A stretch of 55,407 nucleotides of DNA, filler included, from Dirinaria sp. TL-2023a (Eukaryota), in assembly GCA_051941275.1 (NCBI GenBank). It is 3 parts of 3 records of this genome, joined end to end, with 100 filler letters (N's around TTAATTAATTAA, not from the genome) between each part and the next. Parts side by side here need not be neighbours in the genome. Positions count along the whole stretch, not along the records: positions 18,547 to 36,948 come from JAVEBF010000386.1; positions 37,049 to 55,407 come from JAVEBF010000387.1; 1 more part is not named here. One strand, written 5' to 3'. Positions 25,744 through 37,409 of the stretch are shown one piece after another. Every line of letters starts with the position of its first letter. The stretch's first letter is position 1. A program made the translations under genes and the position numbers. A model generated the notes under the pieces. That model was not told where the DNA came from and ran no database searches. It worked only from the letters and a program-made list of their open reading frames with translations.

Positions 25744-28017
25744 TTATATGTCCTCGACGTTCTCCTTGCTGATAAAGTAGATCCCCGTGTCGGTGTTGTT
25801 GGTGCTGTTTGTCATGACCGTCTTCCCACCTTTGAGTGCTCCATTCTCAACTACTCCGTTCCCGGGCACCGGGTCCCGATACAGAGCATTGGCACCACTC
25901 AGCACGGTGAAGTTCGCCAGACTGATCTCATTCGGGTTGCGATTGATGATGGTTGGCATGCCAAAGTAGCTGGCGTTGACAGAGCCCTGACTGATTTGCA
26001 GCTCAAAATAGCCGCGATAGTATAGCTCGCTCCACTGCAGCTCGCGATTATCACGGATAAGGTAGTTGCTGTTATTGTTGGCCGCGGCAAGTGAAATGTT
26101 TTGGCCGGCTGGACTCGGACTCGAGACTGCGGTGCCCGCAAATTCGACACCGATGCTACCAGCTCCAGTGGAGGGATCATAAGCATGCTCGTCGAGCCAG
26201 ACGAGATCACTAACCCAATTGGCGTGAGAGTCCCCGGATATCATGATATTGTTGGAAATGTTGTGGGAATAGAGGGTTTGTAGAGTACGGTTACGGTTGG
26301 CTTGGTATCCATCCCAAGCATCATAATCAAGAGGATCGACATTACCATAAGCGATAGATTCGTTAATCCGCGAAAATACTGGTCATGTTAGCGGCAATGG
26401 ACCGGGGAATTAGAGCACAGTAATCACACCTGTCTGCGATCCAATGACTCGCCACGCGGCTTTGCGCTGTTGAGAGGCGATAAGCTGGCTATAGAACCAG
26501 TTTTCTTGGCGACTGCCCATCATCGAGCGGCCAGCATCATTCGATATCTCATGGACGTAATGCGTGTTCCAGTACAGATCCGTGATCGATCTGTCGTACT
26601 GCCGAGTGTCCAGCATGATAAGATCTAATAACGACCCGATGGAGAAGCTCCTCCAAATTCTTAGATTGTCGTCCATCTCGACCTGTCGTATCGGCATCCA
26701 TTCAAAATATGCTCGGACAGCGTTCATCTTACGCTGGTCAACGCTCACGCCCCCATCTTTGATGAAAGAGGCTTCTGTATTGTTCAGCTCGGATGAGCCA
26801 TCGCGGTAAGTATTGTCCGCGACCTCGTGATCGTCCCACACTGGTATCCATGGGAAGGATTGGTGGCTTAAGAGGAGATCAAAGTCTGTACGGTAAGTGG
26901 CATGGCGTTTTCTATAGTCGTAAAGAGTGAAGATGGTCTTATCGGGAAGCGGTATTCGCCCGATGCTCTGACCTTCGCCGTAGTCTCCATTCTTGTATTC
27001 ATAAATGTAATCTCCAAGATGGAGGACGTAGTCTGGGGGAAGGGTGAGATTATTGTGGGACGGCAGAAGGGTGAGCTGTGAACGTGTAACTCACCGACGG
27101 AATCTTTGCGGACCGGATTACCGAACGCATTGAAGAAGCCGAAAGGAAAATTGCTGCAAGAGTATACTGCGAGGCCGATTTTGGTCACCAGGTCGCTCGC
27201 GGCAGGAGTCGTTTTTGTACGTCCAATGGGGCTGGTGACATTGGAGTCGCAAACGCTGAATTGATAGTAGTACTGCGTGTAGGAACTGAGCTTCTGTGCC
27301 TCGACCTACGTTTATTGTGAGCTCCATGTACCCATGTGTCTCGCACCGAGTTTCCTTAAGTATCAGGGGTCACGAGCCAAAATAGCCAGGCTCATTGAAG
27401 CGTGCTAGCAAGGCTATAGCAAAGTAAGAGCAATGCTGGGCCAGGCCAGTCAAAAAGCGCCAGCTTTGCCTTTCATCATAGCTCCGAGAGAGATGGTTGG
27501 GACGAGAATGGTCGTAGCTACTACGTGTATCCATTCGTTACAGATGATAGAGGAAAATGACACCTACCTTCAATGTATAATCGACATCTGAGCTTGTATA
27601 AGCCACGCCCGAGTCCACCACCTGTGCGAAGCCTTTGTCCTTAGCAACCTTGAAGCTCACGCATATTGGAGCGTTCGAGACGGGCGTAGTGCCATTATCA
27701 TCGTTGTAGATAGGCACAGGGTTGTAGAGTGGCACATATCCGGAGACCGTGGAGTTGCTGTTCACATTATCTGCTATCGGTGCGCACCTCGTCCAGAGAA
27801 TGACGGAATCCGAATAGGGATCACCGGAAGCCACGCCATGCGTAAAATTGAGCTTCGAGGCGCTGTAAGGTGCGGCACCTGCGTTGCGCTTGTTGACCTT
27901 GTGGATCGAAACCCCCAGGCTTGGGTGGTTCCAGGATGGACTTCGGTAATTGAGATTGCCGGCGTACGATGCAGCGGCAGCGCCTGCAAAGATAAGTGTA
28001 GTCAGTAGATGCAGCAT
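25744..28017 (-). CDS. phoD: Secreted PhoD-family alkaline phosphatase (4 exons)
   Basis: Signal peptide, FTHGVASGDP, SVILWTR, GRTKT, HLGDYIYEY, WDDHEV, MLDTRQY, DAWDGY, SGDSHANW and GVEFAGTAVSS. Confidence 0.95.
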
Positions 28018-28661
28018 GTTAGTCTAGATATGGAGCATCTAGCCGGATCTATGGGCTCACACAGTGCTCATCTCGCAGCGACATTGACCATCTTTATGTA
28101 TCCGGTTGAGATCCTCGCTATGTTGCGGTGATGCAATAGTACGCCCGTGGGCCCGCACTGCCTTTGAAATATTGCTTTTCGGCTGTCCATAGTTCAATTC
28201 TACCAATGACTGCAGCGAATGAGAACGTGTCCATTAGGCATGCAAAGTGGAGAAGGATCAGGATCCCTCGGATCTTGCAGAAAGTGTACGCTTGCTAGCT
28301 AATGATCTAGCTGGGAAGGTGATAAAAAAATGTTGCAAGTGGTTCACAGCCTACACGTTCAGCTCGATAGCTCGCTCATTGGCTCGCTCACTAACCCTAA
28401 GATACTAATTGGCAGCCGGCAGCTCCAGCCACGGTTAGCGCGAGTGCTCGGGTGATCCTGCCCGCCGAGGAATTACCTGTACAATAGTGTAAAATACTAA
28501 GGTACTCCGTACCTGTGGACTGCGAACTCCCTCCTTCGAACTCGCAATTTCCAATTGATATGAGCAAGCATGCTATCAACTAAGATAGGCTAGATAATCC
28601 ATGTTTCTCTAATCGACTCTCAGCTGTGAGCTTCCCCAAACTCCACTTCCGTGTTTTAGAC

Positions 28662-30321
28662 TTAACGCCTACCCTGATACACCCCGTTCACAATGACCGG
28701 TCCCTGATCAGCCGCACTCCCCTGTGTATTGTCTCCAGCGCTTGCGCTAGGCACAGTATAGCTCGTGAGATCGCAATTGTAGCTTGCAAAGAATGGCGCA
28801 ATGGCTCCGGAGAGGAAAGTCTGGACCAAATCATAATCATCGACAACGACTGGGGCCACAAACCCGGGGGCCGTATCGAGTATGTTTTCGAGCACGAAGC
28901 AGGCGATTTGCGAAATGGTCATCGTGCTGGGATCGATCCCTAGTGGTATGAAATTGCCCAAGCCTTCGTTGCCGCCAAGCTCAACGGGCGAGCCAAGATA
29001 GAGGCTGGTGATGTCGACAAGAAACTCGGAGAACTCGAAGCCTGTAGGACGGCGGAACCAATTCTTGGGGAAGGTCTCGTTCAGAAAGAAAGGGCCGATG
29101 TTGGCGAAATTGGGGGTGTCTGTTGAGATTCAGCACTACCACAGTTCGGGCTATTCAGTATTATACCAACCTAACATGGTCCCATTAACCATAGTCTTAT
29201 AGACGAACACACGCTCTCCATGTGCTATGATGAACCATTTGGGACCCGCGTTGAATGTAGGGTTGGTTGCTCGAGAGTCATCGTAGCTTCTCTTCTTCTC
29301 GGCGGTGAAGGCAGCTTGGTTGAACAGGCCACCATGCGCCGCTGTATCGTTAAGAAGAGCTTGCCAACGGTCTAGATGGAAATTTGCCTGATTTCCAAAG
29401 TATGCATCTTCACGGGTGATAGAGTTATCGACCTCGCACGTCCCGTGCTTGTCTAAACCTAAGGAGGGACCCAGAGTGTTTGGGACCCGACTGTCAGCAC
29501 CCCCAATGGAATACCTTTGAAAATAAGTAAGCAAGAATATTTCAATGAATGGAATTAATTTGCCATTAAAAACAAACCTACTTTCCGGTCACCAAGTCGC
29601 CTGCGGCAATAAGGCCGAGGGCTGAGAGGATAGTCGCCATATCGTATCCAAAACCGTATGCGGTCTGGATGCCATTGGCTGCCTCGGCCCAGCTGGTGAT
29701 TCCTACACAATGTCGTACTTAGCCTTGCGTCTTTCAGTCACGTTTCCAAGCTTGAAGTCATAAGTCTTGAGCTTGCACTCTTCAAACACATCTCACAGTT
29801 CTCCTGAAATTTCATTGAGGTAACAGTAAGCATACTTACCATTTCGGGAGATGTAGCCATGGTTAGCTAATGTATTGAGCCCTGGACAGACACCTCGTTG
29901 GTCGGTAGATCCAGGTGCAATGTATTGGTGAGCTGGATCATCTCCTGGAATCGCCTGTAGATCATGCGGCTGCGGAGTGGGAGGCACTAAGAGTGAGAGA
30001 CGCCCAGTGAACGGTTGAAGAACGCCATTGACTGGTGTCTTGATGAGCGTGGTCTTTGTGGGAAGATATCTGACAAATCTACGTACGCAGGCCGCCTCCT
30101 AGAGGCAGGTGTAGACCTAGAAGTGTCGAGCCGGATTCGTCCTTCTTATGCAATTTGGAGAACGTATCATAGGTAGGCCCGCCCCGTTTCACGGCTTCAT
30201 ACCTGGCTTGGTCGGCGCGGTCCAGCAGACCGGCCTTTGCGGCCTGTGCAAAGGGGCAGGCAGCTGCGGAGGTGAATTTTAGCAGTGAAAGAACTTGCAG
30301 AATTCCTGCGAGAACACGCAT
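28662..30321 (-). CDS. Heme-thiolate peroxidase / unspecific peroxygenase (chloroperoxidase family), secreted, multi-exon
   Basis: Signal peptide MRVLAGILQVLSLL, DQRGVCPGLNTLANHGYISRNG (proximal Cys), HGTCEVDNSITREDAYFG, SYDDSRATNPTF and FFLNETFPKNWFRR. Confidence 0.9.
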
Positions 30322-31423
30322 GTTGCTTTTCAGATCACAGTATGCCTCTGTGCTTGGGGAAGAAAATTCGGATGCAAGGAGATATGTTGGCAGCATCCAA
30401 GCTTAATAAAGGAGAGCCGGCCTTACAAAACGAAATTGAGGCAAAAATCCCACTAAATCAAGTTATCAAAAGTGTCGAAAGTCTCGAGTCAAAAATGGAA
30501 AAGGTGTTACAAAGTTGGACATGATGCAAGGGTACAGTCTTCCTCGTCTCCCCAACCACCTGCATTGTACAACATTTTGCAACCAGAATAGAAGGCACGA
30601 TCATGACCATTCGCGATCTTCCATCATTTATTGGATGACGTTGCGGCCAATGGTTTTACGCTCCACCACCTTTTCGCCCAAAAGGTACTCGGGCTGAATT
30701 GACATGTGTGATGGAGAACGTCTTTCATGGAAAAGGTCGTCAGATCTCGCGAACAATTTTGGAAACCGATCGATTTGATAAAGCTTCTCCTGCATCATGC
30801 AATGCGAGATCGAGGATAGTGCGGTCATTGTAAGACACCACTGCGGCAAAGCACCTTTGACAGCTCTATAGTAACGTATGACGGCTTCCAAATAAACGTA
30901 TACCTTAACTGCCGAAATGACAGATTCTCTTAGTTACCCTGCCTTGGTCATATTCTCCATCGACAGTCTGTTGACCTCAAGGCTTGACGAACTCAGATGG
31001 GTAAAACCCTGGAAGTTGGTCGAGCGCTCCGAAGGCATTACTTGATTAGGGGGAAACAGTCTGCCACTAAGATAATAGTCGTGTGCCAAGGTACGGGATG
31101 ACGGGGGAGACGGGACTCGACGGTGGGAGCAACAGTGGTTCCGTCCCATTAAGGCTGCTTCACTAGGTAAAGTAAGATACATTATTAAGGTAAAATACTT
31201 CAGTGTCGCTTTTTTATCACCAATCATGATCCACGCTCCCACGTTCCATGCCCTGGCTTAAGGTACTTTACTGCCCTCATCCTTCCGTTGGCCCGCCTCG
31301 GCCCCCACCCGCGTCCTAAATCCTTTCAACCCGACGCCCGCATCCATACTCGTTTCTCGATAGAATGCCTTTTCGCTCCTCCTTGTCCGCGCCTCATCGT
31401 AAGTCGTTCAGGCACTTCCTATC

Positions 31424-31947
31424 ATGTCTTTCAAGACGCATACCCAGCTGGATCCTACGTTCGACCGAGATATTCGCGACCTCCATCTAATCTTCGATTA
31501 CGATGTCAAAGACGAAGATGGTGCCCCGAAAAAGTGGCGCTACGAATTGTGGTTCTTCTCCGAGAATCGCATCGTATATTCCATCCACGGAGGGGGCCAA
31601 TGGCAGGACGTCTGAACTACCAGACGTGTATATTCCAATGCATCCGGCCCGGTGAAATTTGGCAGTGTAACTGGCTGGAAGAGACCGGATCCGTCGTCTC
31701 GCTGGTGTACGACATCAGCCTCCAACAGATTACAAGTCTCGCCTGCTTCTCCCAGGGTCATTGGGAGAACCCTGAGAAGGCGCATGGCGACAAGCGCAAT
31801 CCTGAGGACTTTGAACGCTGGAGAGGGCTGGCGAAGATTGGCACACAAAAAGATCGCTTCATGCTTGCAGAGAAAGCTAAGGTTCTCGAGGTCTTCAGAG
31901 GCAAGGGAGACCTTGTTCCTATCGAACCGGATGTAGTCACCTTGTGA
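31424..31947 (+). CDS. Phenolic (hydroxycinnamic) acid decarboxylase, PadC/PAD family, with a frameshift at a G5 run
   Basis: First frame: LHLIFDYD..WRYELWFFSENRIVYSIHGG. Second frame: PMAGRLNYQ..IRPGEIWQCNWLEETGSVVSLVYDI. The junction CACGGA-GGGGG-CCAATG (G run 31592-31596) breaks the expected IHGGPMAGR. Confidence 0.85.
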
Positions 31948-34101
31948 CTATCCTCAGCCGCTGTAAATCTGCTGTCCACATTGACTGCTCCATTGAATGA
32001 CCGACCCAAGAATTCTGGGATAGCGGAGATTGTCCAGTTCGGCACTAGTCATCGTCATGCAAAGTGAAGAGAATCATTGAGCCTTGCTATGCAAACGGGT
32101 GGGAAAGAGGAAGCTTGAGAAATGAGTGCGGTAAGCTGCATTCACTAGGGAACCGTTAGTCGGGAATACATACTGAGCACCGACTGGGCCCAACTATTCG
32201 TAGACTCCGCAAATTCCCATCCCGAGAGTCCCTCCCGTCGATTCTAATGTACCTTTACATCAATGGGAACACGTATTCTCTCTAGTACATAGAACTTTTC
32301 CTCGTCAAACAATGCAGATATTACACCACACCATTCAATAAGGATCAAAGAAGCGCATCTTTCTAGACCGCGCCCAGGTGTTGATCCCAGCAGCCTTTCA
32401 TCTGATTCTAGAATCAGGCGACCTCTGCGCAGCCATCTAAGGAATCATCCAGCAGGTTGGTTGATGCGCTGACGTCTTCTAATACATGATCGTACAAAAT
32501 GTTGTCTCTTGCTCAGCGTTCTCTTAGCACATGATCACTTGTATTGTCAATTTATGGTTTAAAATGCTCACAAATTGTCCAATGTATTGTGGAACCATCG
32601 CAACTCTTCAATGTTGTAGCATTACTACTGTCTATCGATGATGATGTACATAAGGTCGGTAGCTCCGGTGCTCGAGATAACAGACTCCTAGAACGACGTG
32701 GTCTACAAGATCAATGCTCTAAGCAGTTAATTTGAATTTGTTAGCTCACAAACAGTTCTACATATGAATACGCAATATTGATTCGCGATGACGAGAATTT
32801 GCTATTCGATCCTAATGGAATGCCCCTTTCTCCGAATCTTCAACACCTGCATCTCTTATCGAGCCATGAATTTACTTGTGTTCGCTAACTTGAAGCCGAT
32901 TGCGCTTTCCCGTGATTCTCTGGATGTCTTTGCCATGAGCATGACTTATATCCAGTGAGGGAAGCTTTGGCTTGGCTCATATGGCAACGTTTCTTCCAAC
33001 AGGCACTTGGTTGTAAAGGATGGAAAACTTCCCATAGGTCACCGAAGGCCCTCAGAGAGTGTAGCGGTGGACCAGGAAACTACGGTGGCAAATAGGAATA
33101 CATCAAATGAAGAATATCCCTTGCGTACACCGAAACACGACACAGCTGCTCAACTCACCACGCTTGAGGATGGGCTGGAGATACTAGTTACCACTGGCTG
33201 TCCAAGGGTTTGCGTCCTTGGGGCAAGTCCTCAATGTGATAAGTGGAACGAGCACTTCTTTACGCAACCTATTGAGTCCATTACCTCCTGGGCTGTTGAA
33301 AGCAACCGGACGCCTACTCGTGTAATAATTGCTGGCGCTAGGGCGAAGGTGGCTCATGGAAGAACAATAATCGAATGATGTGCGTTCACACGGTCTGGTT
33401 TATTGCAACAGCCAAAAAGATATGAAGCTTATTCATGTACGCGAGAAGGATGAGTGATTCAATGACGAATTGTGAAGATAGATTTTTACGAACGCAGGCC
33501 TAGTCTCAAGTAGTCTTTCATTTAGACGTCTCTACGCCGATGGAAGACGCTCCTCTTCGTGCCAATGGGAGATATCATGAGGGTATAGGGTATCTCAGAT
33601 CGTTATTTAACTGTAAAGTCTTCGTTACTCTCGCATCAAACCACAAGTTCTCCATAGAACGAATAAATAATGTGCACGGAAAACCGTCTCTAAGGCAGAG
33701 AAATCAGCAGTCACCTTAGCCCAGCCCTAATCAACCACGTGACGGTAGCGAGATGACTGCGAGTGCAGCAGGGACGCACGTTCGAATCAGCCTGGTGTCA
33801 ATCATTAAAAGGCTTTTTTCTGGCCGACGCAGCGCCTCTTCGGTGAAATGAGAACGATAAATAAAAATGGCAAAAGCTCAGGCCAGCCTTTTCAGGCAGC
33901 TCCTTACCAAATCCCTCCTGGTATACCCTGTACTATAAGGGCAGAGGCCAGAGTTCAGGCTTCATTGGGATTTTTGAGTGTGCTTCATAGGCGCAGTGTT
34001 TACCACTGCGCCATGAACTCGCTGAGGGAATCAGGGTCCAATTTTTAATTTGGTCTTTTAAATTTAAATAGGGATAGCACCATACTACGAACTTTTTTTT
34101 T

Positions 34102-34110
34102 CTTCTTCTT

Positions 34111-34140
<30 letters not shown>
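34102..34140. repeat. (CTT)13 microsatellite preceded by a T tract
   Basis: Direct reading of the sequence. Confidence 0.95.
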
Positions 34141-34142
<2 letters not shown>

Positions 34143-34625
34143 GGTACGTAAGAGGTATTTGTTCGGTTTTCTTTTCTTTTCACAAATGAAATCTTATGGA
34201 CTAAGGATGGATTCAATCGTCATTTGTTATTTACATATAAGGTAAGATCAAAGCTTTCTGACCTAGCTTTGAGTACTCAATTCATACAAAGCTCAAGATA
34301 ATGAGAATACAAGATACTGTACTGCTAGTTAAAAGTACTTCTACATACACTCACGATACCTTAGAATCCGTTCCTGCCTGAAGGGTTCTAGCAAGAGATA
34401 AGACTGCAGCTACTTCTTGGATGCCCTGAAAAGGCCAAAATCCAATTAAGATTCCTGGCTATTCTTGAGAACGTCTTCTTCCAAATCCACTAGGCTCTCC
34501 GATATCTGAGATCCCGAGTCTGAAGGAGTAGCAATCTGTACATTATGCATCATTCTGGATGCGTAATGACGATTCATGTGTTCCTGCGTTCGGGCCTCTT
34601 GGGATTGAAACGCTTCAAGATTCAA

Positions 34626-34790
34626 TGACAAGAATGTGTCATTTCGCTGTTGGGTAGGATTCTCATCATCCTACTCGCTTCAGGCGAGTTCGGTGACAAA
34701 ATCTGTCATTTTGCTGTTGGGTAGGATTCACATAATCCTACTCGCTTCAGGCGGATTTCGGTGACAAAATGTGTCATTTTGCTGTTGGGT
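34626..34790. repeat. Tandem repeat, period 68 bp, about 2.4 copies, rich in inverted repeats
   Basis: Units start with TGACA at 34626, 34694 and 34762 and share TGTCATTTYGCTGTTGGGT. The first two units also share AGGATT..ATCCTACTCGCTTCAGGCG..TTCGG. Confidence 0.92.
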
Positions 34791-35214
34791 GGAAAAATGG
34801 CTTTTTCGTATGGAGTATCCTCAGGATAAGTCGTGTATTGTTTACAAAAGCGGCCTTAAAAGGGGCTCGAGGGGCTCAATATTTAAAATTGCCAAGATTT
34901 TAGCTTGGTCTCAATTGCATTTAAGCTATCGCGTACGAACGTGCAACAAATGATTGGCCCAGATCTTGCATAAAAGACTGCTGCATTAATTGGGCCTTCG
35001 AAATGTCAATATACAGTATGTACTTAAGTGTACCTGATAGATAAGAATACGAAAATCGTTTCGGGAAACCATTGACGACGCCCAATCAATGAGCAGGCTG
35101 TCACTTACAGCCCAAAAACAGCTCCATGGCCCTTCAAACACGACAAGCAAGCACGTCATGATTCAAGAACCCAGATTCGACACTCGATTCTAACGTGTTT
35201 TGACCTTCCAAATC

Positions 35215-36948
35215 ATGCCTCAACGATATCGCAAGTCTAGTGTTTCAGACGCCTACCCAGAGGCAAGGCGCGGTCTGGGGAAGTGGGCGCCCTACATCGC
35301 ACTGACCATATTCTTGCTCACTGTATTCCTCATTCTAACGGCCTCGCCTGTTCCTTCCGCAAAAGAGGCAAAGAAGAAAATCAGTCAGCCGTTTGGCCCA
35401 GCCGTACACGAGCCCCCGATCCCGAGTAAAGAAACCACCGGCGAAGCGAAATGGTTCAGCGATTGGAAATGGCTCAACCCTTTCTCCGACTCCATCACCT
35501 CGGACGAAGAAAAATCGGTCCTACCCCCCTTGAGGAAGCGCCCTCCGATATATGCCTTCTACGATACCAACGCGGATCGGGACGAGGCGACAAGGGCGGC
35601 GGAAAATAAATTGCTTCTGATATGGAGAAGAGCTTGGTGGGCGCAAGGTTTCAAGCCGGTTATCCTGGGGAGAGCAGAAGCGATGAACAATCCGCTGTAT
35701 CAGCGGGTGCAGTCCAAAAACCTGGATCCGAAACTAGAGACCGAAGTCATGAGGTGGTTGGCATGGGACCAAATGGATGGGGGTATTCTTGCAAACTGGC
35801 TGGTATTGCCTATGGGACCCCACGAGGACAATCTGCTGTCCTTTCTACGCCGAGGCGATTATCCAAAGCTTGCTCGATACGAAGGCCTCAGTCTAGGCCT
35901 CTATTCGGGGAGCAAAGACCATATCGAGACAGCTTTGAGCCACGCTCTGGCATCCGAAAAGCTTCCAAAAGCCAGATCGATCACGGAGCAATTCCCCAGG
36001 GATGCGTTTAAGGTGGAGCCCAAGCCCGCATCAATCGCCTTCTATGATGGCACTGTCCTTTCGGATTACTACAAACCTATTTCAACCAGCCTGGCGGAAG
36101 ATAAGCCGGTTGGTCTGCGCTCTCTGGCTGAACTCATAACGTCCCATCTTCACGTCACGTTCCTTAACACCTTCGCCGTCGGTTTCGCAATCCTCACGCC
36201 CTATCCATCCTACACTCTCGCCCTCTCGCAACCCGCCTTGTCGCTCGCTCATTCTCTTGCAGCTTGCCCAGAATCACCAATGCCATCATCATGTCCACCC
36301 AATCACCAATTATGCACCCCTTGCGCTGCTTCGAAGCCAGTCCCCATTGACACGCTCGCCTCGTTCTACAATACATCCTCACTTTACACAATCGCCACCC
36401 TTCCACATCCGTACACCCTGACGAGCCTCCTGAGCCCCACCAAAGATATCTCCATACGCCATATCCGGCGGGACACAGACCGCGACCGCTGGCTGCAAGC
36501 CGTCACCGAGGTAACCCTCGGGAAAGACATCAGCGGGCCCTCCCGCATCGTCAGCTTCAAGGAAACAGTCGCAAGCGACTGGGGCAGCGCACGCGGGCTG
36601 TGGCTGACCGAAGACCCACCAGTCCCCGAGCACAGGGACCTCGAATGGCACTTCGGGTTCGCGCTCCCGTTCGTCAACACCACGAACCTCATCCCGCCCA
36701 AACAGAGACCCTCGGAAAGGGACACCAAGCAACAGAGCACCATTATCGAGAAATCGAGGCGGGTGTTGGGGAAGAAGAGGAAGAAAGGCGACATGGATAT
36801 CCGCATCAAGGATGCCGTTGAGGCGTGGAACCTGGCGGATGCGGAAGCGTGGCGGTTCGTGAGGGCTTTGGGCGCAAGGGAGACGCTTAAGAGGAAGGAG
36901 TGGGAAGACAAGGAGAAGAAGTTCGCGGGGGGGGAGAAGGATGAAGGG
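35215..36948 (+). CDS. Uncharacterised fungal type II membrane protein; 3' end runs into the gap
   Basis: Long open frame from ATG 35215 with a single TM (YIALTIFLLTVFLILTA) and a globular lumenal region (WRRAWWAQGFKPVILG, CPPN..CTPC, EAWNLADAEAWRFVRA). No recognisable catalytic family. Confidence 0.8.
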
Positions 36949-37048
36949 NNNNNNNNNNNNNNNNNNNNNNNNNNNNNNNNNNNNNNNNNNNNTTAATTAA
37001 TTAANNNNNNNNNNNNNNNNNNNNNNNNNNNNNNNNNNNNNNNNNNNN
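36949..37048. other. Assembly gap: 100-bp N spacer containing a TTAATTAATTAA linker
   Basis: 44 N + TTAATTAATTAA (36993-37004) + 44 N. Confidence 0.97.
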
Positions 37049-37409
37049 CCTACCTACCTGAAGGCGCTTAAGCTTGCTGGGTATGGTATGCGGAAGGTGC
37101 TGTTTGCTAGTGATCCATAACCCGCCACCCCTTGAAATATGCTGCCCATACCGACGACGCCCAATGCTTGGTTCTTTATTTTTCTTAACCCCCCTTCTTT
37201 TTTACCCCCTTCATACTGCGCTTTCCCGCATGATTTCTGCATATGTTGCAGAAAAATACAGTCAAAGCGACCTGATTTAGGTAGGATACTTGGGTGTTTG
37301 GTGAGACCTTCCTTTGTTTTCGCCTTTTTCTTCTTCTTTTGGATGTGCTCATTATACCATTTCCTGCGTTCGAAAGGGGTACACACTACTACGTAGGATT
37401 CAGGAAAGG

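Noticed and set aside
28391..28400. CTAACCCTAA, resembling a telomere repeat or telomerase RNA template
   Set aside because: It is a single 10-mer in a ~640-bp intergenic gap with no supporting array or structure, so it is compatible with chance.
34621..34760. Hammerhead-ribozyme-like look of the 68-bp repeat on the minus strand (CUGAAG..stem..GAAA..stem)
   Set aside because: The core reads CUGAAGC rather than CUGANGA, GAAA is intact in only one unit, and no convincing stem I forms.
34626..34790. CRISPR-like appearance of the tandem repeat
   Set aside because: There are no unique spacers and no cas genes, and the context is eukaryotic.
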